In this document: positions 46,294 to 55,901 of the stretch, piece after piece
Layout of the letters: every line of letters begins with the position of its first letter
How positions within the stretch are numbered: the stretch's first letter is position 1
From: a virus
DNA: 64,000 nucleotides
IMG/VR virus record: IMGVR_UViG_3300050035_000086
Span: 1-64,000 of that record
Strand: one strand, 5' to 3'
Program-made: the position numbers and the translations under genes
Notes under the pieces: model-generated
The model's database searches: none
What the model saw: only the letters and a program-made list of their open reading frames with translations
Told to the model about the DNA's origin: nothing

Positions 46294-46509
46294 CTAATCC
46301 GCATCTGGTAAACCGAAGTAATGTCTCCACCCCTCGGTTCCAAACGTATCATCACCATCCGACTCGTCTAGCTTCTGTTCTACGATGTCATAGTGTGAAA
46401 ACACAGACATCAGTTCTGCCGGGGATGCTGCTCCTACGATAGCCTTTCCCCTGATGGTGTAGATTTCCTTCTCGGTCAAAAGTTTTGGTTCTTTAAATTT
46501 CAGAGTCAT
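46294..46509 (-). CDS. Hypothetical protein
   Basis: Overlapping operon arrangement, RBS GGAG. Confidence 0.55.
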   Translation of the reverse strand: MTLKFKEPKLLTEKEIYTIRGKAIVGAASPAELMSVFSHYDIVEQKLDESDGDDTFGTEGWRHYFGLPDAD

Positions 46510-46900
46510 CTTTCTTCTCCTTGGTTAAAAAATCGTATCTTTCCCTAATCAGATCAATCAAAACCGGATCTCGATACCCGTAGACATCCGGAATGCCGAG
46601 GTTTACAATTGGCCTCTCTTCCTCTCCTAGCATTTCCCGCAATTGCGCTTCCTGCCGGTCATCCATACATACAATAAGGTCCGCCCATTGCAACAGAACT
46701 TCATCTACCGGGACCAGAGCAAACTCCGCCGTCAGCCCCGCCGCCCTGGTGTTGAAGTTGTACGGTTCTTGCGACAGGACCATAGCCGCTGTTGGTGAAC
46801 GAAGAATCCCAGCGGAGCAAACACAGAGGACCTTCTTGTACTCGCCCTGGTATGGATTTGTACTATTTGCTAGCCTGTTCATGAGGAAGTTCGTTGACAT
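46493..46900 (-). CDS. Low-molecular-weight protein tyrosine phosphatase family protein
   Basis: VLCVCSAGILRSPTA (C-x5-R), TRAAG, WADLIVCMD, LGIPD. Confidence 0.88.
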   Translation of the reverse strand: MSTNFLMNRLANSTNPYQGEYKKVLCVCSAGILRSPTAAMVLSQEPYNFNTRAAGLTAEFALVPVDEVLLQWADLIVCMDDRQEAQLREMLGEEERPIVNLGIPDVYGYRDPVLIDLIRERYDFLTKEKKDDSEI

Positions 46901-47201
46901 TTTTATTATCCTTTTCAATTTCCAATTGTAGCATAGCCAGCGCCCTCCACGCAACTTTTGCGCTGTGTCGTACGCCATCCGTATCTACGGTTCCTTTTTC
47001 CATCAAATGGCGAAGCAATGTATCTTCTTGATCGCCAGACTTTTCTCTAGCCCAATGAAGTGGTTCTCCGCTGTTGTGTTGTTCGTTTCCAATGTAGGAC
47101 AAATGGGCAACATCTGCCAAGGCGTCGGGGAAATATTGGAACAAACCCGACCACAGAGGAATCTTCTTCCTCTCAACAGGATCAGTCGGAAGCAATGACA
47201 T
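46863..47201 (-). CDS. dATP/dGTP diphosphohydrolase-domain (DUF5664-like) protein
   Basis: YFPDALADVAHLSYIGNEQH...TLLRHL...DTDGVRHSAKVAWRALAML. Confidence 0.7.
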   Translation of the reverse strand: MSLLPTDPVERKKIPLWSGLFQYFPDALADVAHLSYIGNEQHNSGEPLHWAREKSGDQEDTLLRHLMEKGTVDTDGVRHSAKVAWRALAMLQLEIEKDNKNVNELPHEQASK

Positions 47202-47598
47202 TGTCTATCCTTTCACCTTCCAAGAAGGAGTCAAAGTCCGAATAATGGACAACTTGGGGTAAATAATGGAAAATGTTCTCTTCGCCTCCGATCACTACAA
47301 TCCTCTTGCCTGTACCTAAAGCATATCCAAACTCAGCATGGCGACCGCCTCGTGGTGTTCCGATAGTGGGGTCCTCTGAAAAGAATACGAACGTGTCGGC
47401 GGCGTCGATATCTTCGAGGTCGATGTATGCGGTATGTCGGCAGAACTTAGGCGTAAACTCGTGAAGATGGGCTGTCTCTGATCCCGTCTCCTCAAGCCAT
47501 CGACTCGTTACTTTGATGTTGTGTTCGAGAAGAATAGGAACCAAAGACTTGATTTCCTTCTTCCTGGAATATCTAGCAGCTAAGTATACCTTCATCAT
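47182..47598 (-). CDS. Nucleoside 2-deoxyribosyltransferase-like protein
   Basis: KVYLAARY...DLEDIDAAD...GGRHAEFGYALG. Confidence 0.75.
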   Translation of the reverse strand: MMKVYLAARYSRKKEIKSLVPILLEHNIKVTSRWLEETGSETAHLHEFTPKFCRHTAYIDLEDIDAADTFVFFSEDPTIGTPRGGRHAEFGYALGTGKRIVVIGGEENIFHYLPQVVHYSDFDSFLEGERIDNVIASD

Positions 47599-47769
47599 CT
47601 CCTCCAAATTGAGCCTGTCTTCGGGTCCATCCCATACTTCTCGTTACTCAAAGAGTAGGTCCGAGGTTTCCGATCCGGGTCTCTTCGTCCAGTCGGGGAC
47701 TTCGGTTCGTCTAGGTTATGAATGGGTGTGTACTGGCCCCCAAGATCATGAAGCCACCCAATCCAAATT

Positions 47770-48357
47770 TCAAACAGATTCTTGTCTCTCAATTTTTTCC
47801 TCTCTAGATTCTCTGTATTCTCGAATTGCTTTGCCAACTAATACCCACTCTTCGTAGCAGCGAAGCAGCTTTGATTCGTTACATCCTTTGCAGCAAGGAA
47901 CGCAATTTTCAACCGAATATCCCTTTGAACTATCCTTTCGGTCTAGATTATGTCCCCTAGAGGTATCATTTGTGCTATGCTTGCACCACACAAGAGGGAA
48001 GGAGCAGTAGTGGCATACGAAGTTCTTTTGGGCAAAATTTTGGTACTCTTCGAAAGAAAGATTTACCGAAATATGTCTCTTCTTGGCATCTCGTACCAGC
48101 CGAGCGTAAGGGACCCAATACGGTTCTTTTTGAAGGGCCTTCGTTATTTGCTCCTTCTGATAACATGTGCAACTTATAGTCAATCCACCTTTTAAGCTGG
48201 AATGGCTTATTATCTTTTCTTTTCCGCAGTCGCAGCGACACAACCACCTTCTTTTGCTTTCGTTTTTTCCTTTAGTTCTTTTTCTAGCCGCCTCTTGTAT
48301 GACGACAAGTTTACCGAACCTCTGATTAGTGAGGTCTTGAAGCGGAACAGTTCTCAA
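47770..48357 (-). CDS. HNH homing endonuclease
   Basis: DLTNQRFGKLVVI...WLCRCDCG; CHYC...LDRKDSSKGYSVENCVPCCKGCNESK. Confidence 0.85.
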   Translation of the reverse strand: MRTVPLQDLTNQRFGKLVVIQEAARKRTKGKNESKRRWLCRCDCGKEKIISHSSLKGGLTISCTCYQKEQITKALQKEPYWVPYARLVRDAKKRHISVNLSFEEYQNFAQKNFVCHYCSFPLVWCKHSTNDTSRGHNLDRKDSSKGYSVENCVPCCKGCNESKLLRCYEEWVLVGKAIREYRESREEKIERQESV

Positions 48358-49205
48358 AGTTCGTCTAGGCTCCTTACTTTAAATAGGCTCCTTACTTTAA
48401 ACCCAGAAGCACGGGCGTGGCCCCCACCTCCGTAGAGCTTAGCAATCTCGGACACGTCTAAGCCATACTCGTCTGATCGCAAACTAAAGATAGCGGAAGT
48501 TCCATCTAGGTAGAACGTCGCCCCGAACGGCTCTCCCCGGGCCAAGATGTTTCCGGCTTCGGAGCACAGAGTATAAGGCAGGTTCGCCGTCCAGACTTCA
48601 TGACCTCCGATTTTGAACCGGAACTTGTTTTGAAGAAGCTCATTGATATCTTTGGTCTGCTTCTTCAAGATTATGTTTCCATACCCTTCTATCTCTCGCG
48701 CTTCGTGTGGATCTTCCAAAAGCTTACGGAGGAAGTCCCAGTTTTCAAAGTCGTACTCAGTTGCAAACAAGTAGGCCGAGATACCTTTGGTCTCTTCGAA
48801 GTGGAACCTCCACAGGTCTCTATCCTCTACGTAATTCACCAGCATCGGAATATCTTCTACTGGGTGAAAATAATCCCAAGCCAGACGTGCGCCGGACTTC
48901 TCCATGTCGAATTTCACAGACACGTTTTCTGGGAGATCGACTAGATCAGCTTCCGCGCTCTTGTGGTGGTCCAGGATTGTGATCGATTTTGCCTTCGCGG
49001 ACATCTCCAAAATCACAGGACGCTTGTAGGAGAAGTCAACAAACCAAACCTCTCTATCTGTTACATCCGGAGGGTCTTCCTGGTATTTTCCAGGATAGAA
49101 TTCCCAGTCCGGATGTACTTTCCAAATTGACCAAGCTGCTGTGAACCCGTCAGCGCAGGGACTATGATAAATTACTAGAGGCGTCATGTAATCCTTTCTG
49201 TCCAT
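48354..49205 (-). CDS. DHH/DHHA1 phosphoesterase
   Basis: YHSPCADG, VDFS, LDHHKS, DRDLW, GGGGHARASGF; start ATG lies in motif 49200. Confidence 0.88.
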   Translation of the reverse strand: MDRKDYMTPLVIYHSPCADGFTAAWSIWKVHPDWEFYPGKYQEDPPDVTDREVWFVDFSYKRPVILEMSAKAKSITILDHHKSAEADLVDLPENVSVKFDMEKSGARLAWDYFHPVEDIPMLVNYVEDRDLWRFHFEETKGISAYLFATEYDFENWDFLRKLLEDPHEAREIEGYGNIILKKQTKDINELLQNKFRFKIGGHEVWTANLPYTLCSEAGNILARGEPFGATFYLDGTSAIFSLRSDEYGLDVSEIAKLYGGGGHARASGFKVRSLFKVRSLDEL

Positions 49206-49213
49206 TATCTGGA

Positions 49214-50689
49214 CTAAACCCTCGTCTGAATTGTACCAGTAACACCCCGGCGTCTGTCAACTATGTAGCTCGACAAAGCAGCATCTGATATAAACGCGTT
49301 TCTCTCGTGAAAACGGTCTGCTCCTCGGAGGGAGGACATCTGGTAGTGTGTCCCACCTGTCAACTCTTGAACAACCTCGTGGTGCAGGTGTCCGGTGAAG
49401 AAAGCACGGTAGATCGTCTCCGCCCACAACCTCGGTTCTTCCTTCGCCATTGTTGCCATGTACTGCGGAGGTTTGAGCGCCCCGTCCCCGTGGGCAAACC
49501 CCATCAACGTGTCCCCGTAGCAAGCGTATGCCCGAGTCTTGGCAGAAAACACAACTTCTACTGCGGGATCAGCTTGGTACTTGACCTGGAGGCACTTCAG
49601 CAAAGCTAGGCTGAGCAGCCGGTCATGATTGCCCGGGACAAAAAGTATCAGGACTGGGGCCACACTTCGAAGCATGTCAACATCTCGGAACGCAAGGTCT
49701 ACGCCCTCAGAGAAAATCTGCGCAGCGGTTCCATCCAGTTCTTGCGGTGTTCCGCGAGTCGTCCCTCCTTGGTCGTTGTCAATAGTCAGAAAATCATTTC
49801 CCGAGGTGTAGATAAACTTGTCAGGTTTTCCCTTGTCTGCCACGTCCTCCAAAAGTTTCGTCCTGGCGTAGACAAGACGCTCCTCTGCTTCTTTGCGGCT
49901 GAAGTTTTCTCCGGTCTCGACTTCCCAACCCGAACCTCCGTAATGAAGTTCTCCCGCGCTGGTGACTACTGCAAACGGATTTCGAGGAGACTTCAAATTA
50001 AACACAGGAGGAGTATATGCCGGGATGAGCGTAGACAAGTGGTCCTGCAACGGAACGATAAAGTTCTGTTCAAGATCATTCCACTTCTCGGCGTCTATCT
50101 TTGTCTGGTGCCAGCGTTTCTTCTCGAATCCTTCCCATACCGCCTGCCGCCTCTGTTGGAAAGCGTCATCTGCCAAGTCATCCACTTCCCGAGCCATGAC
50201 TTCTTCGCGGGTAAATGGCTCCGCTTCATGGGTCCAGCCATGCACTGCTTTAAGTTCTTGAAACTGGTCGCGGGGGATTGCAAAGCGACGACAAATTTCA
50301 TTGATCGTAGAAGGCTTTCCGTCCCAATCAGAGTATGCCTTCTTCATCGACCGGAATTTGACACCGTTGATGACTAAAGGTTTAGGACGACATTTTAGGA
50401 AAGTGATGTATGTGTCAGAATCTCCATTATACACGTATTTTTCGTTTTGTACCCACGTTCCTTCTGGCTCATCAAAGGATACCTCGTTGCTTTGAGTCGG
50501 ACCGTCCTCAATAGGCCACGGTTCGGCCTCTTCATTAAGAGGGAGAGGCCGCTGGAGGATTCGGTCCACAGTCTTATGGTGGAGACCAAACTGCTTAGCG
50601 ATCCAGCGATGAGACGCTTCGGGATTAAGGGTGGAGCACTCGTGTACCCGAGTCTTGAGTTCTTCTGGAACTGGTGTTGTCTTAGGCAT
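49214..50689 (-). CDS. Calcineurin-like metallophosphoesterase with N-terminal HTH
   Basis: GELH, GNDF, PGNHD, FAHGD, TGHLHH; HRWIAKQFGLHHKTVDRIL. Confidence 0.8.
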   Translation of the reverse strand: MPKTTPVPEELKTRVHECSTLNPEASHRWIAKQFGLHHKTVDRILQRPLPLNEEAEPWPIEDGPTQSNEVSFDEPEGTWVQNEKYVYNGDSDTYITFLKCRPKPLVINGVKFRSMKKAYSDWDGKPSTINEICRRFAIPRDQFQELKAVHGWTHEAEPFTREEVMAREVDDLADDAFQQRRQAVWEGFEKKRWHQTKIDAEKWNDLEQNFIVPLQDHLSTLIPAYTPPVFNLKSPRNPFAVVTSAGELHYGGSGWEVETGENFSRKEAEERLVYARTKLLEDVADKGKPDKFIYTSGNDFLTIDNDQGGTTRGTPQELDGTAAQIFSEGVDLAFRDVDMLRSVAPVLILFVPGNHDRLLSLALLKCLQVKYQADPAVEVVFSAKTRAYACYGDTLMGFAHGDGALKPPQYMATMAKEEPRLWAETIYRAFFTGHLHHEVVQELTGGTHYQMSSLRGADRFHERNAFISDAALSSYIVDRRRGVTGTIQTRV

Positions 50690-51138
50690 TACTTAGTCTC
50701 CTTTTGAATCTCTTCCAGCATCCACAAAGCAGTCATTGTTTCCCCGTCTTGCAAACCATAAGTGTAGGTTGTAAGATCTTCCGTAGCGATGTGTCGAGTC
50801 ATATCTCGGGCCGCTCTGACTTTCAGTTTGGTAAGGATTTCGTCCGAGAGTTTTATACGGGGGTCTTCGTCCAGATAACGGACAAATTCATCAGAATATT
50901 CAGACCACGCATCTGTTACCCATGTAGTTCGAAAAAGTCCTATCAAACGAGGTTTGAACGTCCTTTTAATAACCGCTACACCAGATCGCAGGCCGCAAGT
51001 CGAACACACTTCTTCTTCGTCTGACCCGATAAACTGGTGCCACGAAACAGATTGAACGTGCCCGTTGGCACAAGCAAACCCAATTCTGTATGTTATCTCT
51101 GGATCGGGTTTAGGCGGGGAAGGCTTAAACCAACTCAT
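50689..51138 (-). CDS. Hypothetical protein
   Basis: RBS GAGGAGG; CANGH...CSTC. Confidence 0.55.
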   Translation of the reverse strand: MSWFKPSPPKPDPEITYRIGFACANGHVQSVSWHQFIGSDEEEVCSTCGLRSGVAVIKRTFKPRLIGLFRTTWVTDAWSEYSDEFVRYLDEDPRIKLSDEILTKLKVRAARDMTRHIATEDLTTYTYGLQDGETMTALWMLEEIQKETK

Positions 51139-51480
51139 GCTTCCTCCTCGTATTCCGACCTGAAATATCTCAAACTACCTAATCCTCGCTCAATAATAAG
51201 TCTCTCTTTAAGAAGAGAAACTATTTCTCGGCGAAGAGCCAATGTTTTAGTCAGATTTTCTACTTTCCTCTGGGTGAGGAATAGTTCAGCTTCTCTGAGA
51301 ATATTCATTTCTCCTCCTCTTCAATATCAGCCTTCTCAGTAATCAAGAGGGCTACTCCTACTAGCGCGGAGAACCCGCCCAGCAGCCAGGAACGTTGGAT
51401 AAAGGCTTCTACCGCCGCTGCCCCAAATACAGAGGCGAGGATGGCTTCTACCGTTCGGCGTTCGAGTTTGATTTCGTGCA

Positions 51481-51690
51481 TCATCGGCCCTCCGCAAAAT
51501 AAACGACAATTCCCAGCAGAAGAATGAAGAGGAAAACCGCGAGGAAGATGCCAGCTCCGATCCAGATGGGGCTTAGCACCCACCACCAACTCCACGTAAT
51601 AAACCCCACTAGCTTGAGGGTAACGAAGATTAGGGTAAGCCATCCGCCGAGACCCACTCCTTGGTAAGAATTTACTGTTACGTTGCTCAT
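51481..51690 (-). CDS. Small transmembrane protein
   Basis: LIFVTLKLVGFITWSWWWVLSPIW, a common phage TM-protein pattern. Confidence 0.7.
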   Translation of the reverse strand: MSNVTVNSYQGVGLGGWLTLIFVTLKLVGFITWSWWWVLSPIWIGAGIFLAVFLFILLLGIVVYFAEGR

Positions 51691-51835
51691 GCTGTCTCCT
51701 TGTGCTCTTCACAGCGCGCTGATCGAGAGGATAGATCGGCACCGCCTCTCTTGTCTTTCTTGAAAGCCCAGACGGTTGCGGGTTGTTGACAAACGGAGCA
51801 CTTACGAGGTGTCGAGTATTCTGAAATTGGTTTAG

Positions 51836-52303
51836 TCATTTTGTCTCCTGTCCAGATAATGGACTTCCCTTCTGAAAGTTTTCGAGGTAGTCTGCGGCAG
51901 CACGTAGAAGTCGTGGATCGTCGCCAAACTTTTGAATCCCCGAATTTATTTGGTACGAAAGGAGCCCACGGACGCTCGCACGGAGTAGGTCTCTCTTGAC
52001 CTTTCGAATCACAAGTGATTTCTTCGCGTTGAAACCAACAAATTCAGACCCGTTATATGTTGCGACCGCTTCCCACCCCTCCTTGAGCTTGGTGGTCTCG
52101 ATCTTGACCTTCTTCCATGAGTGGTCATGGTCAACATGCAGACGCCGAGTTCCTGCGGGTTTTCCGCTTACCCAGCAAAGCCCGTTGCTCCTTCTAGCCA
52201 TCTCATCGTACTCGCGAAGAGTGATATTGTATGTCTTTTGGAGTCGGCGGTCGGCCTCCTTGTCGAGTTGTACTTTGGTCTTATGCTTTACTTTTCGTGT
52301 CAT
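51836..52303 (-). CDS. Endonuclease VII-like protein
   Basis: YNITLREYDEM...RRLHVDHDH...VRGLL; Zn-binding cysteines largely lost. Confidence 0.7.
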   Translation of the reverse strand: MTRKVKHKTKVQLDKEADRRLQKTYNITLREYDEMARRSNGLCWVSGKPAGTRRLHVDHDHSWKKVKIETTKLKEGWEAVATYNGSEFVGFNAKKSLVIRKVKRDLLRASVRGLLSYQINSGIQKFGDDPRLLRAAADYLENFQKGSPLSGQETK

Positions 52304-52464
52304 AAACTTCCTTTCGAACAACGCCACTGGGCCGGAGACGTGACGCTCCAAATCTGTTTCATCGGCTTTCCACATGCCGGACAAAAAGGCGGTTGGTCGC
52401 TTATCTTGACCAGCTTCTCCGCCTTCTCTCCGCAGTATACGCATTGGTAGTTGTAAACCGGCAT
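52300..52464 (-). CDS. FmdB-type zinc-ribbon protein (54 aa, not in ORF track)
   Basis: MPVYNYQCVYCGEKAEKLVKISDQPPFCPACGKPMKQI. Confidence 0.75.
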   Translation of the reverse strand: MPVYNYQCVYCGEKAEKLVKISDQPPFCPACGKPMKQIWSVTSPAQWRCSKGSL

Positions 52465-52626
52465 TTAGAACACCCTCGCAAGAGTATATCCAATTGAGGC
52501 CCCTACCAAAAGTCCAGCAATTGCCTCCCACCAACCAAAGTGGTAAACTTCGGTGGAGATCAAAGCAGAATGAATCTCCTCCATCTTTTCGTACAGCTCT
52601 TTGACAGTCAGTCTTTTCCTAGCCAT
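52465..52626 (-). CDS. Small membrane protein
   Basis: RBS AGGAGG; C-terminal TM. Confidence 0.5.
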   Translation of the reverse strand: MARKRLTVKELYEKMEEIHSALISTEVYHFGWWEAIAGLLVGASIGYTLARVF

Positions 52627-52634
52627 GTTACCTC

Positions 52635-52841
52635 CTACTCGTTTTTCCAAATGGTGGTAATTTCCACATCGCGTCCATCTTGGTAGTCCCCGAGTATGGA
52701 AATGAAATCTTCTACCTTCAGCTTTTTGGCCTCCACTAAGGCGGCGTCCCAATCTTCCGCACCAATTTCTACCCCAACGTCAACCGATATTCTGCCGGTA
52801 ATACTGAAGGTCTTCAATTTAGAAGCTGTTTTTGTTGCCAT
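52635..52841 (-). CDS. Hypothetical protein
   Basis: RBS AAGGAG. Confidence 0.6.
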   Translation of the reverse strand: MATKTASKLKTFSITGRISVDVGVEIGAEDWDAALVEAKKLKVEDFISILGDYQDGRDVEITTIWKNE

Positions 52842-52849
52842 GTTTCTCC

Positions 52850-53221
52850 TTATTTGACGAACACAAGTCCGCCAATGGTTGTGGTAATGTTATACCCTTT
52901 AGGCAATGAAGACTCGTCCAGTTCGGGTTTGGGGGCAAAGTAGATAGCCCCTCCGGTTACGTCCGACACCAGCTTCGAGGTAACCGAATCGATCCTGGAC
53001 AGTAGCTGCTGGAACTGAGGGTCTCTCGTGTCGGGAAACTCGCCCGGGTTTTCTTCGAGCCAACGCCAACAGTTTTCATAGAGGTCTCCGTCATACCAAC
53101 CAGCCGCTGCCCGATTCAGGAACACTTGGCAGACCGCCAGCATTGTCTGGTGGAGTTCTGTCTTGGCGGCGCGCCAACAAGCAAGGGCTACTTGACTCTG
53201 TTTGAAGTCTGTCCCGGTCAC
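52850..53221 (-). CDS. SleB/CwlJ-like cell wall hydrolase homolog, apparently lacking catalytic Glu
   Basis: ALACWRAAKTE...MLAVCQVFLNR...DVTGGAIYF...TIGGLVF. Confidence 0.6.
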   Translation of the reverse strand: MTGTDFKQSQVALACWRAAKTELHQTMLAVCQVFLNRAAAGWYDGDLYENCWRWLEENPGEFPDTRDPQFQQLLSRIDSVTSKLVSDVTGGAIYFAPKPELDESSLPKGYNITTTIGGLVFVK

Positions 53222-53535
53222 TGACCCTCCTGTCCATTATCTGGACTCGGCTCCGTCCAAGGTTCAACTGGTTTCCGTGTGGAAATATCCACCACCGGGG
53301 TCTGCTTGATATCGTACCCAAGCGGAAGGAAGTACATCGCCGCGTGTAGTTGGCAGCAGAAGGACTTCGTAACTCCTCCCTGGTTGAAGATTACTAGGTA
53401 CTGAGCTTCGGAAGGAGCCTGCGCTTTTCCACTTTCAACATCATCCTTACACCATTGTATCCGAAGAGCGGCGTTTTGTCCAGCTTTACATTCTGGATAA
53501 TCACAAATAACTTCGATTGTGTTTCGAATGCCCAT
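53218..53535 (-). CDS. Hypothetical Cys-containing protein
   Basis: RBS GGAGG; CDYPEC...FCCQLH. Confidence 0.55.
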   Translation of the reverse strand: MGIRNTIEVICDYPECKAGQNAALRIQWCKDDVESGKAQAPSEAQYLVIFNQGGVTKSFCCQLHAAMYFLPLGYDIKQTPVVDISTRKPVEPWTEPSPDNGQEGQ

Positions 53536-53543
53536 TATCCCTC

Positions 53544-53927
53544 CTAATATTTCTTCCCATTAGCCTTCATCCGGTTCTCCCGCTTGTGGTCTTCGCGAGT
53601 CTTATTGTATTCCAATTTCTCCGCGTAAGCCCCACCCAGGTCCATCCCCAGTCCAGCAGCAATATCAAAGATTCGGATGACGGCGTCAGCAAGCTCTACT
53701 TCAATCATTTTCCGGTGAGGAAGGTGGTCATCCATCAAGTTCTTCCGATGTCCCTCCATCGCCTCGCTAATTTCGCTGTGGACTAGACATAGAAGTTCTC
53801 CCACATTTCGTTCGGTCGGTTTTCCAGTTTCCAAATCTACCCACCACTTTTGATTAATCTCGTGAACTTCCTGGGCGAGATCGTTTATGATCGCTGCTGC
53901 AAACTTTACTTGATAGTCTTCTGACAT
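53544..53927 (-). CDS. MazG-like NTP pyrophosphohydrolase
   Basis: LVHSEISEAMEGHRK...EVELADAVIRIFD...KLEYNKTR. Confidence 0.8.
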   Translation of the reverse strand: MSEDYQVKFAAAIINDLAQEVHEINQKWWVDLETGKPTERNVGELLCLVHSEISEAMEGHRKNLMDDHLPHRKMIEVELADAVIRIFDIAAGLGMDLGGAYAEKLEYNKTREDHKRENRMKANGKKY

Positions 53928-54439
53928 TATTCCACCTCGAAATATTTCTTCAGATTTTTGATCCCGCTATCTACTAGGTTCGCTACCTGTCTGCGGCTGA
54001 TTCCAAAATCTCCGGCGGTCTCTCGCTGTGACTTCCCGTCTACGAACACGTTGTAGATTACTCTGTACTCATCCAAAGGAAGACTATAAATAGCCCCATA
54101 CAATTCTTCGTCTGAGACCTCTGCAACCGGCTGCGGTATCTTCTCAGCTTGGTGCATAATCTTGGGCAAGGAGAGCGACACCAGCCGGGGTCCGGGATCT
54201 TCCTTGGTGCGCTGTGGGTGCTGCCCAGTTCGCCACAAGTCTGTGATCCGGCTTCGGCAAATTCGAGCGGCGTAAGCCTCTCCTTTTCCCTTGTCTATAC
54301 CTTTTTGAACGTGATACTTCTTTTCAAGCAAGGCTACGTAGCACTCCTGGCTCAGGTCTTCCCTCTGATCGGCGGGGATTTTAAGCCGCGAAAGAACTCG
54401 CTCGATTACCGATTTGTATTTAAGAACGTCAATGTCCAT
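53927..54439 (-). CDS. Sigma-70 family (ECF-like) RNA polymerase sigma factor
   Basis: REDLSQECYVALL (region 2), C-terminal HTH GKSQRETAGDFGISRRQVANL (region 4). Confidence 0.75.
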   Translation of the reverse strand: MDIDVLKYKSVIERVLSRLKIPADQREDLSQECYVALLEKKYHVQKGIDKGKGEAYAARICRSRITDLWRTGQHPQRTKEDPGPRLVSLSLPKIMHQAEKIPQPVAEVSDEELYGAIYSLPLDEYRVIYNVFVDGKSQRETAGDFGISRRQVANLVDSGIKNLKKYFEVE

Positions 54440-54440
54440 T

Positions 54441-54845
54441 TTATTCCTTGGGACTCAATTTTGCTGTTTGCCATCTTCTGTCTTTGTGTGCCGCATCTGG
54501 CCCCGTTTGATGGCATGACCGGCATAGTGCCTCACAATTTGTTAAACTTACTTCCCCACCAGACCCCTTCGGGACCCTTTCGTTCATCTCACCACTTACC
54601 CAAGTGATTGTTCTTCCACACTTTTCGCACTCGAAGTTTCCAGATAATGGATTCCAACACCTACGGAATACTTGCTTACGAATTCCCCCCACTGCCTCCG
54701 CCTTGGTCATTTCTACCGTGGGGTAGTTCAACCGCTGCTTGTCTCGGAAGATACGAATTGGGAGACCGGTTTCGCCGAGTTCTACGCGGACGGTTTTAGT
54801 CATATCGATAATCCCTTTGTCCCAAGTACGTTCGGATTTCAGCAT
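54441..54845 (-). CDS. HNH-like protein
   Basis: CEKCG...NERVPKGSGG...NCEALCRSCH. Confidence 0.6.
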   Translation of the reverse strand: MLKSERTWDKGIIDMTKTVRVELGETGLPIRIFRDKQRLNYPTVEMTKAEAVGGIRKQVFRRCWNPLSGNFECEKCGRTITWVSGEMNERVPKGSGGEVSLTNCEALCRSCHQTGPDAAHKDRRWQTAKLSPKE

Positions 54846-55172
54846 CTACCGTTCGAGAAATATAGTCTCCAACCCAGTCACCAAATGTTATGAGGCGTCC
54901 ATCTTCCGTTTCAATAGGTGGCATCGAATCCAGATACTTGAAAACCTGCTCGGGTGTCGATCTAATGCGGTACATTTCCCGGTCAATCATTCATACTCCT
55001 TATTACCCCAAATACCAGACATATCCCATATAGTTGGAGTTGTTTGCTTTCTGGAAATATATTTTGGGTAAGAACAAAGTTAAGAGCTAAGAGGACAAAG
55101 AACAACGATCCGGAGTCCGCCAGAACACGAGAGGTGTGCCTAAGCACTCCAGAAACCCCCGCTAAAATGGAA

Positions 55173-55901
55173 TCAGTTTTTGACATCGCTTAGTTCTCCT
55201 CTCCAAGTTGAAACCGATTCTCGAACTGCCGCTAAGAATACCTGTTTGTGCAACTCATGCTCCGACTCGGACGTGATCTCCAGCACTTGTTTCCCCAACT
55301 TCCAGAACTCGTCTATCTCTTTTCTCTCGTCTGGCGTAGCGTAGAACCCGGGAAGCTCCAACCAAAGCCCAGAGGGAAGCTCGTGGACATGAAGAAGCTC
55401 ATTTACCTTGACCCGAAGCTGGGCTGCTGTTACTTTGGGGCGAAGAGCGTAGTCCATTATCTGGACAGTATAGCATCCGTTTCCATCACCATCTTCATTA
55501 TCCGTATCGTTGATTTCTGCGTGTACGTTTCCGTCGTTCTGGACCAGTCGTCTCAATTCATGAGCTTTAGTAATCCCAATCTCTTCCAACTTGCTCTCAG
55601 AAATATGCGGAAGCAAAACTTCAGCTACAGACAGTATAGCATACAATTGTGACCTACGTCTATCTATTTTTTCGCGAATCGTCTCCAAGTAGGAAGAAAA
55701 CCGGTCAAAACCGTAGGCTATCCAGTACTGCTGTAGCTTTACCTCCCGGAGAAGAGAACCGAGGCGGGCATAGGAATGGGAAAGTCTCTCTTCGTGGGAG
55801 CATATCTGACCGATGAGTGCATCAATTTCCTTTCCTTTTACGAGAGCGTCTTCCTGGTTTAGAGGAGGAAGGTAGGAAGGTATTGTCTGAATTTCGTTCA
55901 T
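55173..55901 (-). CDS. Hypothetical DNA-binding-type protein
   Basis: LGSLLREVK...YGFDRFSSYLE...RRSQLY...IGITKAHEL pattern of phage helical DNA-binding proteins. Confidence 0.5.
   Translation of the reverse strand: MNEIQTIPSYLPPLNQEDALVKGKEIDALIGQICSHEERLSHSYARLGSLLREVKLQQYWIAYGFDRFSSYLETIREKIDRRRSQLYAILSVAEVLLPHISESKLEEIGITKAHELRRLVQNDGNVHAEINDTDNEDGDGNGCYTVQIMDYALRPKVTAAQLRVKVNELLHVHELPSGLWLELPGFYATPDERKEIDEFWKLGKQVLEITSESEHELHKQVFLAAVRESVSTWRGELSDVKN

Noticed and set aside
46863-47201. Evidence for a Z-base (diaminopurine) genome
   Set aside because: A DUF5664-like gene alone is insufficient; no purZ-like gene is seen in the window.
49625-50377. Long antisense ORFs (e.g. 49625-50377, 7153-7809, 26350-27003)
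   Set aside because: Shadows of well-supported genes on the opposite strand, without recognisable motifs.
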